Assembly: GCF_006345805.1 (NCBI RefSeq)
Contig: NC_043022.1
Span: forward strand, 19,654,001-19,718,000
Source of the DNA: Octopus sinensis
Lineage: Eukaryota
Reading direction: 5' to 3'
DNA: 64,000 bases
How positions within the stretch are numbered: position 1 is the first letter of the stretch; every line of letters starts with the position of its first letter. The notes beneath the pieces are model-generated. The model searched no databases. It was not told where the DNA came from and worked only from the letters and a program-made list of their open reading frames with translations. Of this stretch, positions 1 through 13,492 are shown piece by piece. The position numbers were made by a program, and so were the translations under genes.

Positions 1-149
1 GCCAACCAATGACTTGTGATGACAAAAGACTGAGATGCCTGATGTTTTCCTGTACTCAAATATATATATATATTAAAAATATTTTGAAAAGATAAATACA
101 TATACAGGTTGACTTACACATTATAAAACAAAGTCATAAATTGAGTTAA

Positions 150-1296
150 GAGTCTATAAGATAAAAAGTTTGGGTGTTACTAATCCAGCTAATAATCCTA
201 TAGCTGTTTCAGGGGGTCCAGTTGTCCAGTCATAAAAAAGATATTCACATCCATTTTTGGACATTACACCCTTCATCAGGGAAAATATATCTCTAAAAAG
301 GCTCACATATACTATGTTTTTGAGTGATTGGAGGAGATACAATGCATGATAAGATCAGGCTACTGATGGCTCTATAGGTAGAGGATAAAAGGAGGGAAGT
401 ATTGATTTATTTTTCAGCAAATGTTTCAATTGGTGTGAAGGCTGGTTCTTAACTATCCAGAATTGTAATGTATAAATGCTGAGTAAAAACTATGTTTGCA
501 AGAGTAGACAGTGTTGGAGATCCTATTTAATATCGAGTTGTGTAGACAGAGAATAATTAATGACTCTTTTAAGCACAACTTGCATTTGTCTATCTTTGTA
601 TTACAAGGGGGAGCTTCTTTTATTATGGACCAAGCCAGTGTCTATTGTATATTTTGTGATTTAAGATCATGTATGTGTGTGGCTAATGACATTGAAAATT
701 TATATTTTATCTTAATGATAAAATGTAAGTGAGCTCTATATTGGCGTTTAAAATCTATCATGCTACCTATGTAGGTCTTTGCTTGATGTTTATCTGATGT
801 TTTTAAATGACATTTATAAACTACATTTTTATGCAGACAGAAGCCCCTAAGCAGGCATGCATTAGGTACACAACAATTACAGGTTTTCCTTTTAGTTCTA
901 CCATTTATATTGTGTTATTGCCATTTTTGGACTATGGGGTACTGTACAAGGATCTGGATGTGTACTAATCTGAAGCTGAACTTTACATCTATTAATAGAG
1001 GTTATTATAGTTCCTAAATTTGGTGTGGTGGATTAAGACAATTTGACTGATTTCATCTCAATGTAAATCATCTGACCCCATCAGATTGTACTGTCCCTTC
1101 TTTTTGACCCCTAGAGGGTAATAAAAAAATTAGTACATGTGAGCCTTTTTAGAAATATATTTTCCTTGATGATAGATGTGGTATCCAAAAATGGATGTAA
1201 ATATCTTTTTTTAAGACTGGACAATTGGACCACCAGAAATGGCCACAGAATTAATAACTGGATAAGTAACACCAAAACTTTTTATCTTATAGACAC
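150..1296. mobile_element. Non-autonomous DNA transposon with ~160-bp TIRs and TTAA flanks
   Basis: 150-315 is the imperfect reverse complement of 1132-1296. TTAA at 146-149 and 1297-1300. Confidence 0.7.
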
Positions 1297-1344
1297 TTAA
1301 CTATTTATATGGCTTCATTTTATAATCTGTAAGTCAACCTGTAT

Positions 1345-1731
1345 TCTCTTTACTCTTTTATTTGTTTCAGTCATTTGATTGCGGCCATGCTGGAGCACCG
1401 CCTTTAGTTGAGCAAATCGACCCCGGGACTTATTCTTTGTAAGCCCAGTACTTATTCTATTGTGACGGGGACATAAACACATCAGCATCAGTTGTCAAGC
1501 AATGCTAGGACAAACACAGACACACAAACACACACACACACACACACATATATATATTTACATATATACGACAGGCTTCTTTCAGTTTCCGTCTACCAAA
1601 TCCACTCACAAGGCATTGGTCGGCCCAGGGCTATAGCAGAAGACACTTGCCCAAGATGCCATGCAGTAGGACTGAACCCGGAACCATGTGGTTGGTTAGC
1701 AAGCTACTTACCACACAGCCACTCCTGCGCC
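1345..1731 (-). mobile_element. Composite tRNA-related SINE with internal (TA)n(TG)n tract (family A)
   Basis: Head GGCGCAGGAGTGGCTGTGTGG...GGTTCAGTCCC, microsatellite, tail ending GAAACAAGTAAAAGAGTA; more than 15 near-identical copies in the window. Confidence 0.9.
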
Positions 1732-2829
1732 TATATGTATTTACCTTTTCAATATATTTTTAAAGTATGTATATCTACATATTTATATATTTTTCTATGT
1801 ATATTTTTGTATGTTTGATGTATTGAATATACTTTTGGAAAAATTCATGCAAGTTGGGTGATGGACTGAGTAAATATAAATGTAGATGTGAATTTCATTT
1901 GCTTAAATTTGATTCTTATTTCTACATTATATTTTAGAGAAGAAATATGTATACACATAAATAAGATAAGCATTTGATGTCTAAAAACGTTAAAAAAATC
2001 AGATGGGATAATCATGACAGGAACTCACTTTGTTCAATCATAATGGTGCTCACTCAGAGATGACTGGGGTTTTAAAAACAACAACAACAAACATATATTT
2101 AGTTTTTTCCAATTTAATCCAGAGATTAAAGAGAATTACCGAAAAAAAAAAGTTTGTTTAAAAATAAAATATTTTCGATATTTCGGACATTTGTTCCTTT
2201 AGCATTCAAATTACTGTTTTAAATTAATCATGCATTATCTCATAGCTTTGACATTTTCATCCAGTGATTGCATAGCTTCAGAATGGCATTATAGGGTAAG
2301 TGTGAGAGACAGGATCTGGCTGGTTTTAATATAAAACAGGTAGAATATTCAGGTCATATAAGGCTGATTTGAATGCTAAAGGTTTAATGATGGAGAAGAT
2401 GGTTGTTTACAATATTACTGTTTAGTTTTTTGTTTGGGCCTTACAAATATTTTAAGTAAAAAAAAAAAAAAGGCAAAAACTGTGAAAAAGAAAAAAAAAA
2501 TTGAAATTCAGGTTTTCAAAAAATCTCAGCAGCATTCACAAAAAGGGCCAGTAGAAGTAAAGAAAAGCTGAATGTAATTCGAGTCCCAAAATCACCTGTA
2601 AAAGATAAAAAAAAAAACAAAATTAAATTAACATTTCAGCATTCAGATTATGGTGCTACTTTGGCATGTGATCCACAATTTAAAGGGAGATTACTTTGGG
2701 TTACTTTTTAGTTTGCTTTTCAATTTCTAAAATCCCTTAAGATGTTAGCTAAAAAAATTTTACAATGAGAACAATGTAGTTGACAGGGCTATTAGAGAAA
2801 AGAAACAAACAGGCTTGGAAGGACTGGAA

Positions 2830-3630
2830 GAAAGGTGGTAGCAAGCTGTGTGAAAAAGTGTCACACCCTAGCAGTTGAAGGAATCTGTGGAAGAGGTAGA
2901 CCCAAGGAGACATGGGATGAGGTGGTGAAGCACGACCTTCAAACATTGGGCCTCACCGAGGCAATGACTAGTGACTGAGACCTTTGGAAATATGCTGTGC
3001 TTGAGAAGACCCAGCAAGCCAAGTGAGACCATAACCCATGACCTATGCCAGTGGTGTAACCAGCCTACTTATGTGCACCTTTCTTTTGTTGGACACTGAA
3101 CTTTGCTTGTGAAAACCTGTTGAGCCAAGCGAAATCACAGTCAAAATCAAATTCGCAGACATGGCTGATGACAGCAGACAGCACTGCATGACTGGCACTT
3201 GTGCCAGTGGAACGTTAAAAGCACCATCCGAGCATGATTGTTGCCAGGGTCGCTGGCTAGCTCCCGTGCCGGTGGCACATAAAAAGCACCATCCGAGCAT
3301 GATTGTTACCAGTATCACCTTACTAGCACTTGTGTTGGTGGCACGTGAAAAACAACATTCAAGCGAGATTGTTACCAGTGCCACTGGACTGGCTCCTGTG
3401 CAGGTGGCACATAAAAACACCATTTGAGCGTGGCCGTTGCCAATACCGCCTGACTAGCCCTTGTGCCGGTGACACGTAAAAGCATCCACTACACTCTCGG
3501 AGTGGTTGGCATTAGGAAGAGCATCTAGCTGTAGAAACTCTGCCAGATCAAATTGGAGCCTGGTGCAGCCATCTGGCTTGCCAGTCCTCAGTCAAACCGT
3601 CCAACCCATGCCAGCATGGAAAGCTGATAC
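2830..3630 (+). mobile_element. RTE-clade LINE 3' fragment
   Basis: Degenerate KCHTLAVEGICGRGRP.KTWDEVVKHDL C-terminus, then a 3' UTR with GGCACGTAAAAAGCACC repeats. The (GAT)n tail resumes at ~4040-4068 after a SINE-A insertion. Confidence 0.75.
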
Positions 3631-4035
3631 TCTTTTACTCTTTTACTTGTTTCAGTCATTTGACTGCGGCCATGCTGGAGCACCGCCTTTAATCAAGCAA
3701 ATCGACCCCAGGACTTATTCCTTTGTAAGCCCAGTACTTATTCTATCGGTCTCTTTTGCCAAACCGCTAAGTAACGGGGACATAAACACACCAGCATCGG
3801 TTGTCAAGCAATGCTAGGGGGACAAACACAGACACACAAATACACACATGCATATATATATATACATATATACGACGGGCTTCTTTCAGTTTCCATCTAC
3901 AAAATCCACTCACATGGCTTTGGTCGGCCCGAGGCTATAGTAGAAGACACTTGTCCAAGGTGCCACGCAGTGGGACTGAACCCGGAACCGTGTGGTTGGT
4001 AAACAAGCTACTTACCACACAGCCACTCCAGTGCC
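3630..4035 (-). mobile_element. SINE family A, inserted in the RTE tail
   Basis: Same sequence as 1345-1731. Confidence 0.9.
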
Positions 4036-4845
4036 TATGTTAAACAATGTTGATGATGATGATGATGAAGAAAAGCAAATGGAGAGTTGGAAGTTAATAA
4101 TTATTTATTATTGACAAATTGGTAATCTGTACTTCTTACAGCCATTAATAGTCAATAAATTATAAATTTGTGCATTAAATTAGCATTTTATGTTTTGAGC
4201 AGAATGTCATCAGAGGAAAAGATATACCTTATGATGTTATATGCTGACTTATCAGTCCATACCAGCAGACTAAATATGATGATTTATTATTCTTATACTA
4301 TCGCATGCAGGTGAAGGGTTAACAGGTTGATGGGAATATAATGAAGAATAAAGTAAAATAAAGAAAAATAGAAAATTAAATAAAGTGAAAATATAAATAA
4401 ATGAAAAACTGAAACAATATATTGTTGTATTTAGGAATAGTCATTTTGCCAGTTTAGCCAATAAAAACACACGCACTATATATTTGGTGTTACTTTGCTT
4501 CAGCGTTATTCATTTTTAAAATTTATCTTAATCTTATTTCGGCCAGAGTTCTTTCATCACACTCCTGTGACCTCATCAGCAGTCCTTTGCTTTCTTCTTT
4601 CTTATTTGTGTGTCTCTCCTTACTAACGGTCAGCCATTTTGTATTTTGTATTCCTATTGTATGTGTCTTCATTTGTGCATGCGTATACCTCTATGTGTGT
4701 CTATGTTTAGTTAGTGTGTGTGTAGGGGGGGAGTGCCTGTAATATTTGTATCTCCTGTTTATATACGTTCGTGTAATTTGTTTTTTTTTGTTTTTGTTTA
4801 TTTTTATTTTGTTCATGTGTTTACACATACTTATTATTCATCATC

Positions 4846-5033
4846 ATCATCATCATCATCATCGTTTAACGTCCGCTTTCCATGCTAGCATGGGTTGGAC
4901 GGTTCAACTGGGGTTTGGGAAGCCCGAAGACTGCTCCAGGCCAGTCAGATCTGGCAGTGTTTCTACAGCTGGATGCCCTTCCTAACGCCAACCACTCCGA
5001 GAGTGTAGTGGGTGATTTTATGTGCCACCGACA

Positions 5034-5035
<2 letters not shown>
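4846..5035 (-). mobile_element. RTE 3'-end fragment with (GAT)n tail
   Basis: Matches 3480-3620 and 13335-13532. Confidence 0.75.
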
Positions 5036-5084
<49 letters not shown>

Positions 5085-5463
5085 GATCATTCCTATAAAA
5101 CAATATCTGTTTCACATCAAAAATCTTGCAAAACAAATATATAAATGAAAGAATATACATGAATAAAAAACTGAAAGCAGGAAAAGATAACTCTGAAATA
5201 TGACTGACAAAGTAATCTCCCTTGTAAAATGCACGCCTAAGAACTAATTTTCTTTTACATTCTATCTCATATACTTGAAATAATGTTGCCATTACACTCA
5301 ACAAGATCATTCACCAGCGTGGCAATTACCTATTTCATCAACACTAAAACCTCCAGCTCACGGAAATGATATGGTACTGTGATTAAACACATTCATTGGA
5401 GGCCATAAAAATAATCTATTTCCCTGTACAGTACAATGATCTCTCTGACTCACAAGCATGCGC

Positions 5464-5668
5464 TACAGGAGTGGCTGTGTGGTAAGTAGCTTGCTAACCA
5501 GCCACATGGTTCCGGGTTCAGTCCCACTGCGTGGCATCTTGGGCAAGTGCCTTCTGCTATAGACCCGGGCCGGCAAATGCCTTGTGAGTGGATTTGGTAG
5601 ACGGAAACTGAAAGAAGCCTGTCGTATATATGTATATATATATATATATTATATATATATATATATAT

Positions 5669-5720
<52 letters not shown>

Positions 5721-5925
5721 TGTGTCTGTGTTTGTCCCTCTAGCATTGCTTGACAACCGATGCAGGTGTGTTTACGTCCCCGTCACTTAGCGGTTCGGCA
5801 AAAGAGACCGATAGAATAAGTACTGGGCTTACAAAGAATAGGTCCCGGGGTCGATTTGCTCGACTAAAGGCGGTGCTCCAGCATGGCCACAGTCAAATGA
5901 CTGAAACAAGTAAAAGAGTAAAAGA
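5464..5925 (+). mobile_element. SINE family A
   Basis: Full head, microsatellite and tail. Confidence 0.9.
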
Positions 5926-6060
5926 GTATTCCATCTCAAATATTTAATCATCATCATCATCCTCATTTGACGCTCACGTTCCTATGTTGGTATGAGTTAG
6001 ATACATACATATATATGAAATTCTATCTGCAAGTTATCATTATCACATGTACGTACATAG

Positions 6061-6445
6061 GAAGCACTCCGTCGGTTACGACGATGAGGGTTCCGGTTGA
6101 TCCGAATCAACGGAACAGCCTGCTCGTGAAATTAACGTGTAAGTGGCTGAGCACTACACAGACACGTGCACCCTTAATGTAGTTCTCGGGGATATTCAGC
6201 GTGACACAGAGAGTGACATGGCTGGCCCCTTGAAATACAGGTACAACAGAAACAGGAAGTAAGAGTGAGAGAAAGTTGTGGTGAAAGAGTACAGCAGGGA
6301 TCACCACAATCCCCTGCCGGAGCCTCGTGGAGCTTTTAGGTGTTTTTTCTCAATAAACACTCACAACACCCGGTCTGGGAATCGAGACCGCGATCCTATG
6401 ACCGCGAGTCCGCTGCCCTAACCACTAGGCCATTGCACCTCCATA
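6061..6445 (-). mobile_element. tRNA-derived SINE family B
   Basis: A-box/B-box head (GGAGGCGCAATGGCC.AGTGGTTAGGGCAGCGGAC...GGTTTCGATTCCC) plus a unique body; further copies at 6702, 21151 and 63724. Confidence 0.85.
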
Positions 6446-6701
6446 AGTATGTACGTACATAAGTATGATAAAGTATGTACAAAAGTATGTATGATAACAT
6501 ACATACATGCGTGCGTACATACATACATACATATACAATGCACTCGAAGGGCTTTGTTTCAGCCCAGAGCTAGAGTATAAGACACTAATTCATCTTGTCA
6601 CACAGTGGGACTGAACCCAGAACTAAGTGGTTAGGGAACAAACATTATAATCATGTAGCCATGCCTTGGCTATATGATAATAATAGAGAGAGAGAGAGAG
6701 A

Positions 6702-7085
6702 AGCACTCTGTTGGTTACGACGACGAGGGTTACGGTTGATCCGAATCAACGGAACAGCCTGCTCGTGAAATTAACGTTTAAGTGCCTGAGCACTCCACAG
6801 ACACATGTACCCTTAACGTAGTTCTCGGGGATATTCAGCATGACACAGAGAGTGACAAGGCCGGCCCTTTGAAATACAGGTACAACAGAAACAGGAAGTA
6901 AGAGTGAGAGAAAGTTGTGGTGAAAGAGTACAGCAGGGATCACCACCATCCCCTGCCGGAGCTTCGTGGAGCTTTTAGGTGTTTTCGCTCAATAAACACT
7001 CACAACGCCCGGTCTGGGAATTGAAACCACGATCCTATGACCGCGAGTCCACTGCCCTAACCACTGCGCCATTGCGCCTCCACTA
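6702..7085 (-). mobile_element. tRNA-derived SINE family B
   Basis: Near-identical to 6061-6445. Confidence 0.85.
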
Positions 7086-7109
7086 TAATAATAATAATGA
7101 TGATTATGA

Positions 7110-7208
7110 CAACAAAGATAATGATGACAATAACAAAGGTGATAACAGGAAGATGATTTCAAACAATGTTACTAACACTGTTTTTCTGCATCTTTCTTCA
7201 CATATTTT
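7110..7208 (-). pseudogene. Diverged, truncated duplicate of the terminal exon end and start of the 3' UTR
   Basis: Reads KYVKKDAEKQC-TAG-TAACATTGTTT, versus NDDIKSC-TAG-TAACATTGTTT at 8157. The adjacent ~60 nt align with 8105-8160. Cut on its 5' side by a SINE remnant. Confidence 0.5.
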
Positions 7209-7368
7209 CATATACATATGACAGGCTTCATTTAGTTTCTGTCCATCAAACACACTCAAAAGATCTTGTTCCAGCCCAGGGTCATCCACTTTGTCAAGCA
7301 GTGAGACTGAACCCAGAAGCAAGTGGTTAGGAAATAAGTTTCTTAACTGCACTGTTACACAATTTCCA

Positions 7369-7419
<51 letters not shown>

Positions 7420-8156
7420 CTAGCCTGACTAACACAATTTTTGCCCTTGGGTAGCAAATGTTGTTTCCTATTTGCTTTCCCCAAGAAAGTATGGAAAATG
7501 GCTAATATTTTCTTTACTTTGCTTGTGTTACAATATTTATTCAAAGCCCAAAGAATCCCTCTCAACCATATGGCCACCACACAAATCCTGCTCATGATCA
7601 GAGATGCACATGCTTAAGTGGTTATGGTCAAGCAATTCACAAGCAGATCTATGGTATTGTGCAGAACATTTACTATAACGATATTTCTGCTTCAGCAACT
7701 CCATGGTGAATCTGTCAGAAATGTAATGGAAAATAGGTCAGCTTTGAAATTTTACTCTCAAAATGGATTGTATAAACTTTTAACATTGAAATGATAAAAA
7801 ATATAGAGAAGGGCTTTCACCAAATAAATTTACCCCAAGACTTATTTCTTAAGCCTAGTAATTATTCTATTGGTCCCTATTGCCAAATCGCTGATTAGAG
7901 ATGCAAGCACACCAACATCAGTTGTCCAACGATGATGGGGTGAAAAACACAGACACATTAACAAAGCCTTTGAAATTCTGCTTCAGCAGCTTCAAAATAC
8001 TGCTGTCCAGGTTGTGATCTCCTTTGAGTTTTAGATAGGAGCAAATAGGAAATAACTCTTACTAATCAAAGACCAAAAAAGTAAAAATTTTGTTACACAA
8101 AGTTGTGACAATGATAAACAAAGTTGATGACAGTAAGATGATTAGAAACAATGTTA

Positions 8157-8277
8157 CTAACAGCTTTTTATATCGTCATTCATATTGTTCCACCTTGCAC
8201 GAAGAGTGTTTTCTGTCTCTTTTGGGCAGTATTTCAGATTTTCCGTTACACATTCTTCATCTGATCCAAATATTCTC
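8157..8277 (-). CDS. Terminal coding exon of the secreted six-cysteine protein
   Basis: Acceptor tttatttacttgtttttag|G; phase-2 entry matches the previous exon. Reads RIFGSDEECVTENLKYCPKETENTLRARWNNMNDDIKSC-TAG. Confidence 0.8.
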
Positions 8278-8391
8278 CTAAAAACAAGTAAATAAACATG
8301 AAATCTATAAAGTTGGCAATGTTGTATTGTTATAATGTTATAGGGAATAAAAAGAAGAAAAACATGCAAAAGTTTAACATTCATTTCCATA

Positions 8392-8795
8392 GGCGCAGGA
8401 GTGGCTGTGTGGTAAGTAGCTTGCTAACCAACCACATGGTTCCGGGTTCAGTCCCACTGCGTGGCATCTTGGACAAGTGTCTTCTGCTATAGCCCCGGGC
8501 CGACCAATGCCTTGTGAGTGGATTTGGTAGACGGAAACTGAAAGAAGCCTGTCGTATATATGTATATATATGTATATATGTATGTGTATGTGTGTTTGTG
8601 TTTGTCCCCCTAGCATTGCTTGACAACCGATGCTGGTGTGTTTACGTCCCCGTCACTTAGCGGTACAGCAAAAGAGACCGATAGAATAAGTACTGGGCTT
8701 ACAAAGAATAAGTTCCGGGGTCGATTTGCTCGACTAAAGGCGGTGCTCCAGCATGGCCGCAGTCAAATGACTGAAACAAGTAAAAGCGTAAAAGC
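8392..8795 (+). mobile_element. SINE family A
   Basis: Full copy, just upstream of the terminal exon acceptor. Confidence 0.9.
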
Positions 8796-11087
8796 GTATT
8801 CATATTCCGATATCTCGAATGAAATGCTTTACTAATGTGGGTGGTCCCAACTGAGGAACACCTTGGGCTAGTGTCTTCTACTATAGCTTTGAGCCAGCCT
8901 TGTCAGAGGATTTAGTAGACAGAAACTGAAAGAAGCCTATCATCATCATCATTTAACATCTGTTTTACATGCTGGCATGGGTTGGATAGCTTGATAAAAT
9001 TTGGCCAGCTGAAGGGCTGTTCAGGCTCCATGTCTGTTTTGGCATGGTTTCTGTGGCTGCTGCTGCTGCTGCTGTTGTTGTTGTTGTTGTTGTTGTTAAG
9101 CAACAAGACGGGTAAGGGTGATTAGGTGATGGTCTAGGGATTAGGGGCAGGAGACCCCCAGACCTTGAAAAAAAAAAAAAAAAACTTTGGTCATCTTGTT
9201 GTAGTCGAGGACTCTTCGTTGACGCCCAACACCACTGGGAGGTGGCCCTCGAAGTCGCTGGAAATGGAGATCTCCAGGTCCAAATTCTCAGCCGGCTGCT
9301 GCTGCTGCTGCTGCTGGTGTGATGGTGGCAGTAGTGGTGATAGTTGGCAATGTTCAGGCTCCATGTCTGTTTTGGCATGGTTTCTGTGGCTGCTGCTGCT
9401 GCTGTTGTTGTTGTTGTTGTTGTTAAGCAACAAGACCGGTAAGACAGGTCCAAATTCTTAGCCGGCTGCTGCTGCTGCTGCTGCTGCTGGTGTGGTGGTG
9501 GCAGTAGTGGTGATAGTTGGCAATTGTGGTGGTGGTCACTGAATTTAGTTTTATTTTGATTGTTTTATTTTAGTTTCTACAAGTCAATACAACAAGGTTG
9601 ATGTATTGAGGCAAAATATAGAATTAGAAAAGGGGGATTGCAATCAGAATTCCACTACAAAATATTTTAGTTCAATGCTTTCCAGATTTTGCCACCACAA
9701 ATCCACCCCACCAACCAGTCCACAGTGATGGTACCATGATAAAACCCTAACCCTAGTAAACTCTGCCCCTCTGCCCCAATCTTCTGCTACTTAATTTCCT
9801 CCACCTTTTTTTTTATCCTTTTTGTTACCGTGATCAGGTAGTTATGATTGATTGATTGATTCTGGTTTCAGCTCATGAGCTGTGGCCATGCTGGGGCACC
9901 GCCATTTGTTATGTGGGTTTTTTCTTGATAATCTGATCTTTTATACATTTTGGGGGGTTTTTTTCTCATTTTTCAATGGTTTTTCTTTTTCATCTTTTTC
10001 TTCTTTTGATATTAAATTAGATAAAAAGAAAAAACTGTAAAATGGTTTGGCGAATGAGTAGAAAAAAATGTAGGGCCAACAGAACCCAACCTTTTCTGGT
10101 CTCAGTGCTTATGATAAAATGGTCCCAGTATGTTCCATACAATACTTGCTGAAAGGAAGGGCATCCATCAGTAAACAACAACATGAAAGTGAACAAACAA
10201 TACCTAATCATCCAACCTATTTTAGGGGACCATAAACAGCACTGGATTAACCATTAAGCAAAATAAGAACATGCTTTAGGGCTTCAAGAGATGGAGGCAC
10301 CACAGAGATGAAAATGGTTTATGGCACAAAAGAAATCATTTTAAATTTGCTAAATTAATATTTGTAATGCTTTTATCTCTACTAAGTATAGAAGCAGAAG
10401 TTTTACGTAAAATTAATTTGAACAATTGCAGCGTCGAAGGTGTTTATAAGCCATTTAAGAAACACACAAAAAAACCATTAGATTCACTTCGACATTTAAA
10501 TTTAATTTGTCAAAATATTTTCGTCGCTTTGAGACCACAACCTGTTCACTGACAAATGTAATACTTATTTGTTCAGATGGTTTTGAATATTCATCATCGT
10601 CATTTACATCCTCATCTTCATCCTTGTATTATGTTTACTTTCCATGCTGCATCTCTCGTTATGCAAGTACATCTCCGTAATTTTAACAATATCATGAAAA
10701 ACTTTGCAATTAAATTTTAAAAAAAAACAAAGAAGAAAATATTTCAAATATAAATAAAGTGGAAGTATACAAAAATAAACATTATTTTCCATTTTATTGT
10801 TAGTTTTGTTTCATTTTGGAAAATAAAAATGTATTTTATGGTTTATTATTGTTTACATTTTAGATTTTGAACCATTTACATATAACTTGAGGGCACCAAA
10901 ACTTTTTAAGTGCTTAGGGCCTCTATGGGTCTGGATCCAGCCCTGACTGTACCAATGATTAAGAACTAACTTGGACAGTTATGACAATGCCAAGCCATGA
11001 TTTCACATCTGGCTGCTATGCCAAGATGGAAAGTAAACATAATACAAGGATGAAGATGAGGATGTAAATGACGATAATGAATACTCT

Positions 11088-11483
11088 CTCTCTTTTACTC
11101 TTTTACTTGTTTCAGTCATTTGACTGCGGCCATGCTGGAGCACCGCCTTTAGTCGAGCAAATCGACCCCGGGACTTATTCTTTGTAAGCCCAGTACTTAT
11201 TCTATCGGTCTCTTTTGCCGAACCGCTAAGCATCGGTTGTCAAGCAATGCTAGGGGGACAAACACAGACACACAGACACAAACACACATACACATACATA
11301 CATATATATATACATATATACGACAGGCTTCTTTCAGTTTCTGTCTACCAAATCCACTCACAAGGCATTGGTCGGCCCGGGACTATAGCAGAAGACACTT
11401 GCCCAAGATGCCACACAGCGGGACTGAACCCGGAACCATGTGGTTGGTTAGCAAGCTACTTACCACACAGCCACTCCTGCGCC
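11088..11483 (-). mobile_element. SINE family A
   Basis: Near-full copy. Confidence 0.9.
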
Positions 11484-11768
11484 TAAGTACAAAAATTAAG
11501 TTAAAAATTTAACATTTAAACTGGCCATATCATGTTTTATATTCGAACCAACCAGATCCAGAATATCACACCTACCCTACAATAAAATTCTAAAAATAAC
11601 AATCGCATCATCGAAATCTCGAAACTACAACTTAATAATTATTTCAACACGACATGAATAAATAAGCATAACCTTTGACAGAGTAATCAGAATGCTAAAG
11701 GGTTAAACCAGCCATATCCAGCTCAAATATTCTGCTGGTTTTTATGTCCAAATTGACCAGATCAAATA

Positions 11769-12013
11769 GGCGCAGGAGTGGCTGTGTGGTTAGTAGCTTG
11801 CTTACCAACCACATGGTTCCGGGTTCAGTCCCACTGCGTGGCACTTTGGGCAAGTGTCTTCTACTATAGCCTCGAGCCAACCAATGCCTTGTGAGTGGAT
11901 TTGGTAGACGGAAACTGAAAAGAAGCCCATCGTATATATGTATATATATATATATATATACAATGTCTACCATATATATACAATGTCTTTTCAGTTTCCG
12001 CCTATATATATAT

Positions 12014-12058
<45 letters not shown>

Positions 12059-12320
12059 GTATATATATGTATATATATGTATATATATATGCGTGTGTGT
12101 ATATGTTTGTGTGTCTGTGTTTGTCCCCCTAGCATTGCTTGACAACCGATGCTGGTGTGTTTACGTCCCCGTCACTTAGCGGTTCGGCAAAAAGAGACCG
12201 ATAGAATAAGTACTGGGCTTACAAAAGAATAAGTCCCGGGGTCGAGTTGCTCGATTAAAGGCGGTGCTCCAGCATGGCCGCAGTCAAATGACTGAAACAA
12301 GTAAAAGAGTAAAAGAGAGA
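11769..12320 (+). mobile_element. SINE family A
   Basis: Full copy with an expanded TA tract. Confidence 0.9.
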
Positions 12321-13249
12321 GAGAGAGAGAGAGAGAGTAAAGAGAGATCTGGACTTTCACACCCACCCTGTAATGCCATTCTAAAAAAAAAAACAATCAT
12401 ATCATCAAACTCTCAAAGCTACAAGATAATGCATGATTTATTCAAAACCATCTGAACAAATAAGTATTACATTTCACAAAGTAATCTGACGGCTAAAGAG
12501 TTGGTCAATCACCATCAACACCATCTATGTTCCATGCTGGCATGGGTTAGATGATTTGGCAGAATTTCATAGGTATCATGCTTCATTGTCTACTTTGGCA
12601 TACATTTTACAGTTGGATGCCCTTCTTAATGCTTTCCTCAACCATTTCATAGCATGTGTTAGGTACTTCTTTTTTTCATGGTACCAGCACTAGTGGGCAC
12701 TATACAGCTTGTAAGGCTGAACCCAGAGGGCAAGAATTAGGCTGAGGATAGGAAAAGGGTTTGATGGTACCAGCACTAGTGGGCACTATACAGCTTGTAA
12801 GGCTGAACCCAGAGGGCAAGAATTAGGCTGAGGATGGGAAAGGGGTTTGATTCCTCACCACATGGTTCTAGGCTCAGTCTCACACCTTAGGCAAGTGTCT
12901 TCTACTATAACATTGAGTCAATCAAAGCTTTGCGAGTGGATTTGATGGATGGAAACTGAAGGAAACCTGTCGTGCGTGTGTGTCCCATCACCATTTGATA
13001 ACCAATGTTGGTGTATTAACGTCTCCATATCTTAGCAGTTTAGCAAAAGAGGCCAATAGAATAAGTATCAGACTTAACAAAAAAATAAGTACATGGGTTG
13101 AGTCATTTCACTAAAAATTCATCACTAGAGTGCCCCAGCATGTCCACAGTCTAATGACTGAAACAAGTAAAAGATACAAGAAGAAACACTTCAGGAATTT
13201 GCACATCATCCATGCAGAAGACCATCCTAATCTTCTCTGTATCATTCCA

Positions 13250-13492
13250 ACTAGCAGTATCGCCCGGCGTTGCTCGGGTTTGTTTTGACCCTTTAGAATT
13301 GGAATTTTTGAAAAGTAAAAATTTTGCATTATGTAAAAAGCACCCACTACACTCGCGGAGTGGTTGGCGTTAGGAAGGGCATCCAGCCATAGAAACTCTG
13401 CCAGATCAGACTGGAGCCTGGAGCAGCCCCTGGCTTCCCAGACCCCGGTCGAACCGTCCAACCCGTGCTAGCGTGGAAAACGGACGTTAAAC

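Noticed and set aside
1492-1818. Recurrent ORFs such as [13 protein letters not shown]..., MLGGQTQTH... and [10 protein letters not shown]... throughout the window
   Set aside because: They are translations of SINE family A and its microsatellite; they start at non-ATG codons or vary in frame between copies.
10604-10792. ORF containing EMYLHNERC as a possible extra exon
   Set aside because: Weak acceptor; it lies within a probable transposon and overlaps an inverted duplication; exons 14029-13918 and 8277 already join in phase.
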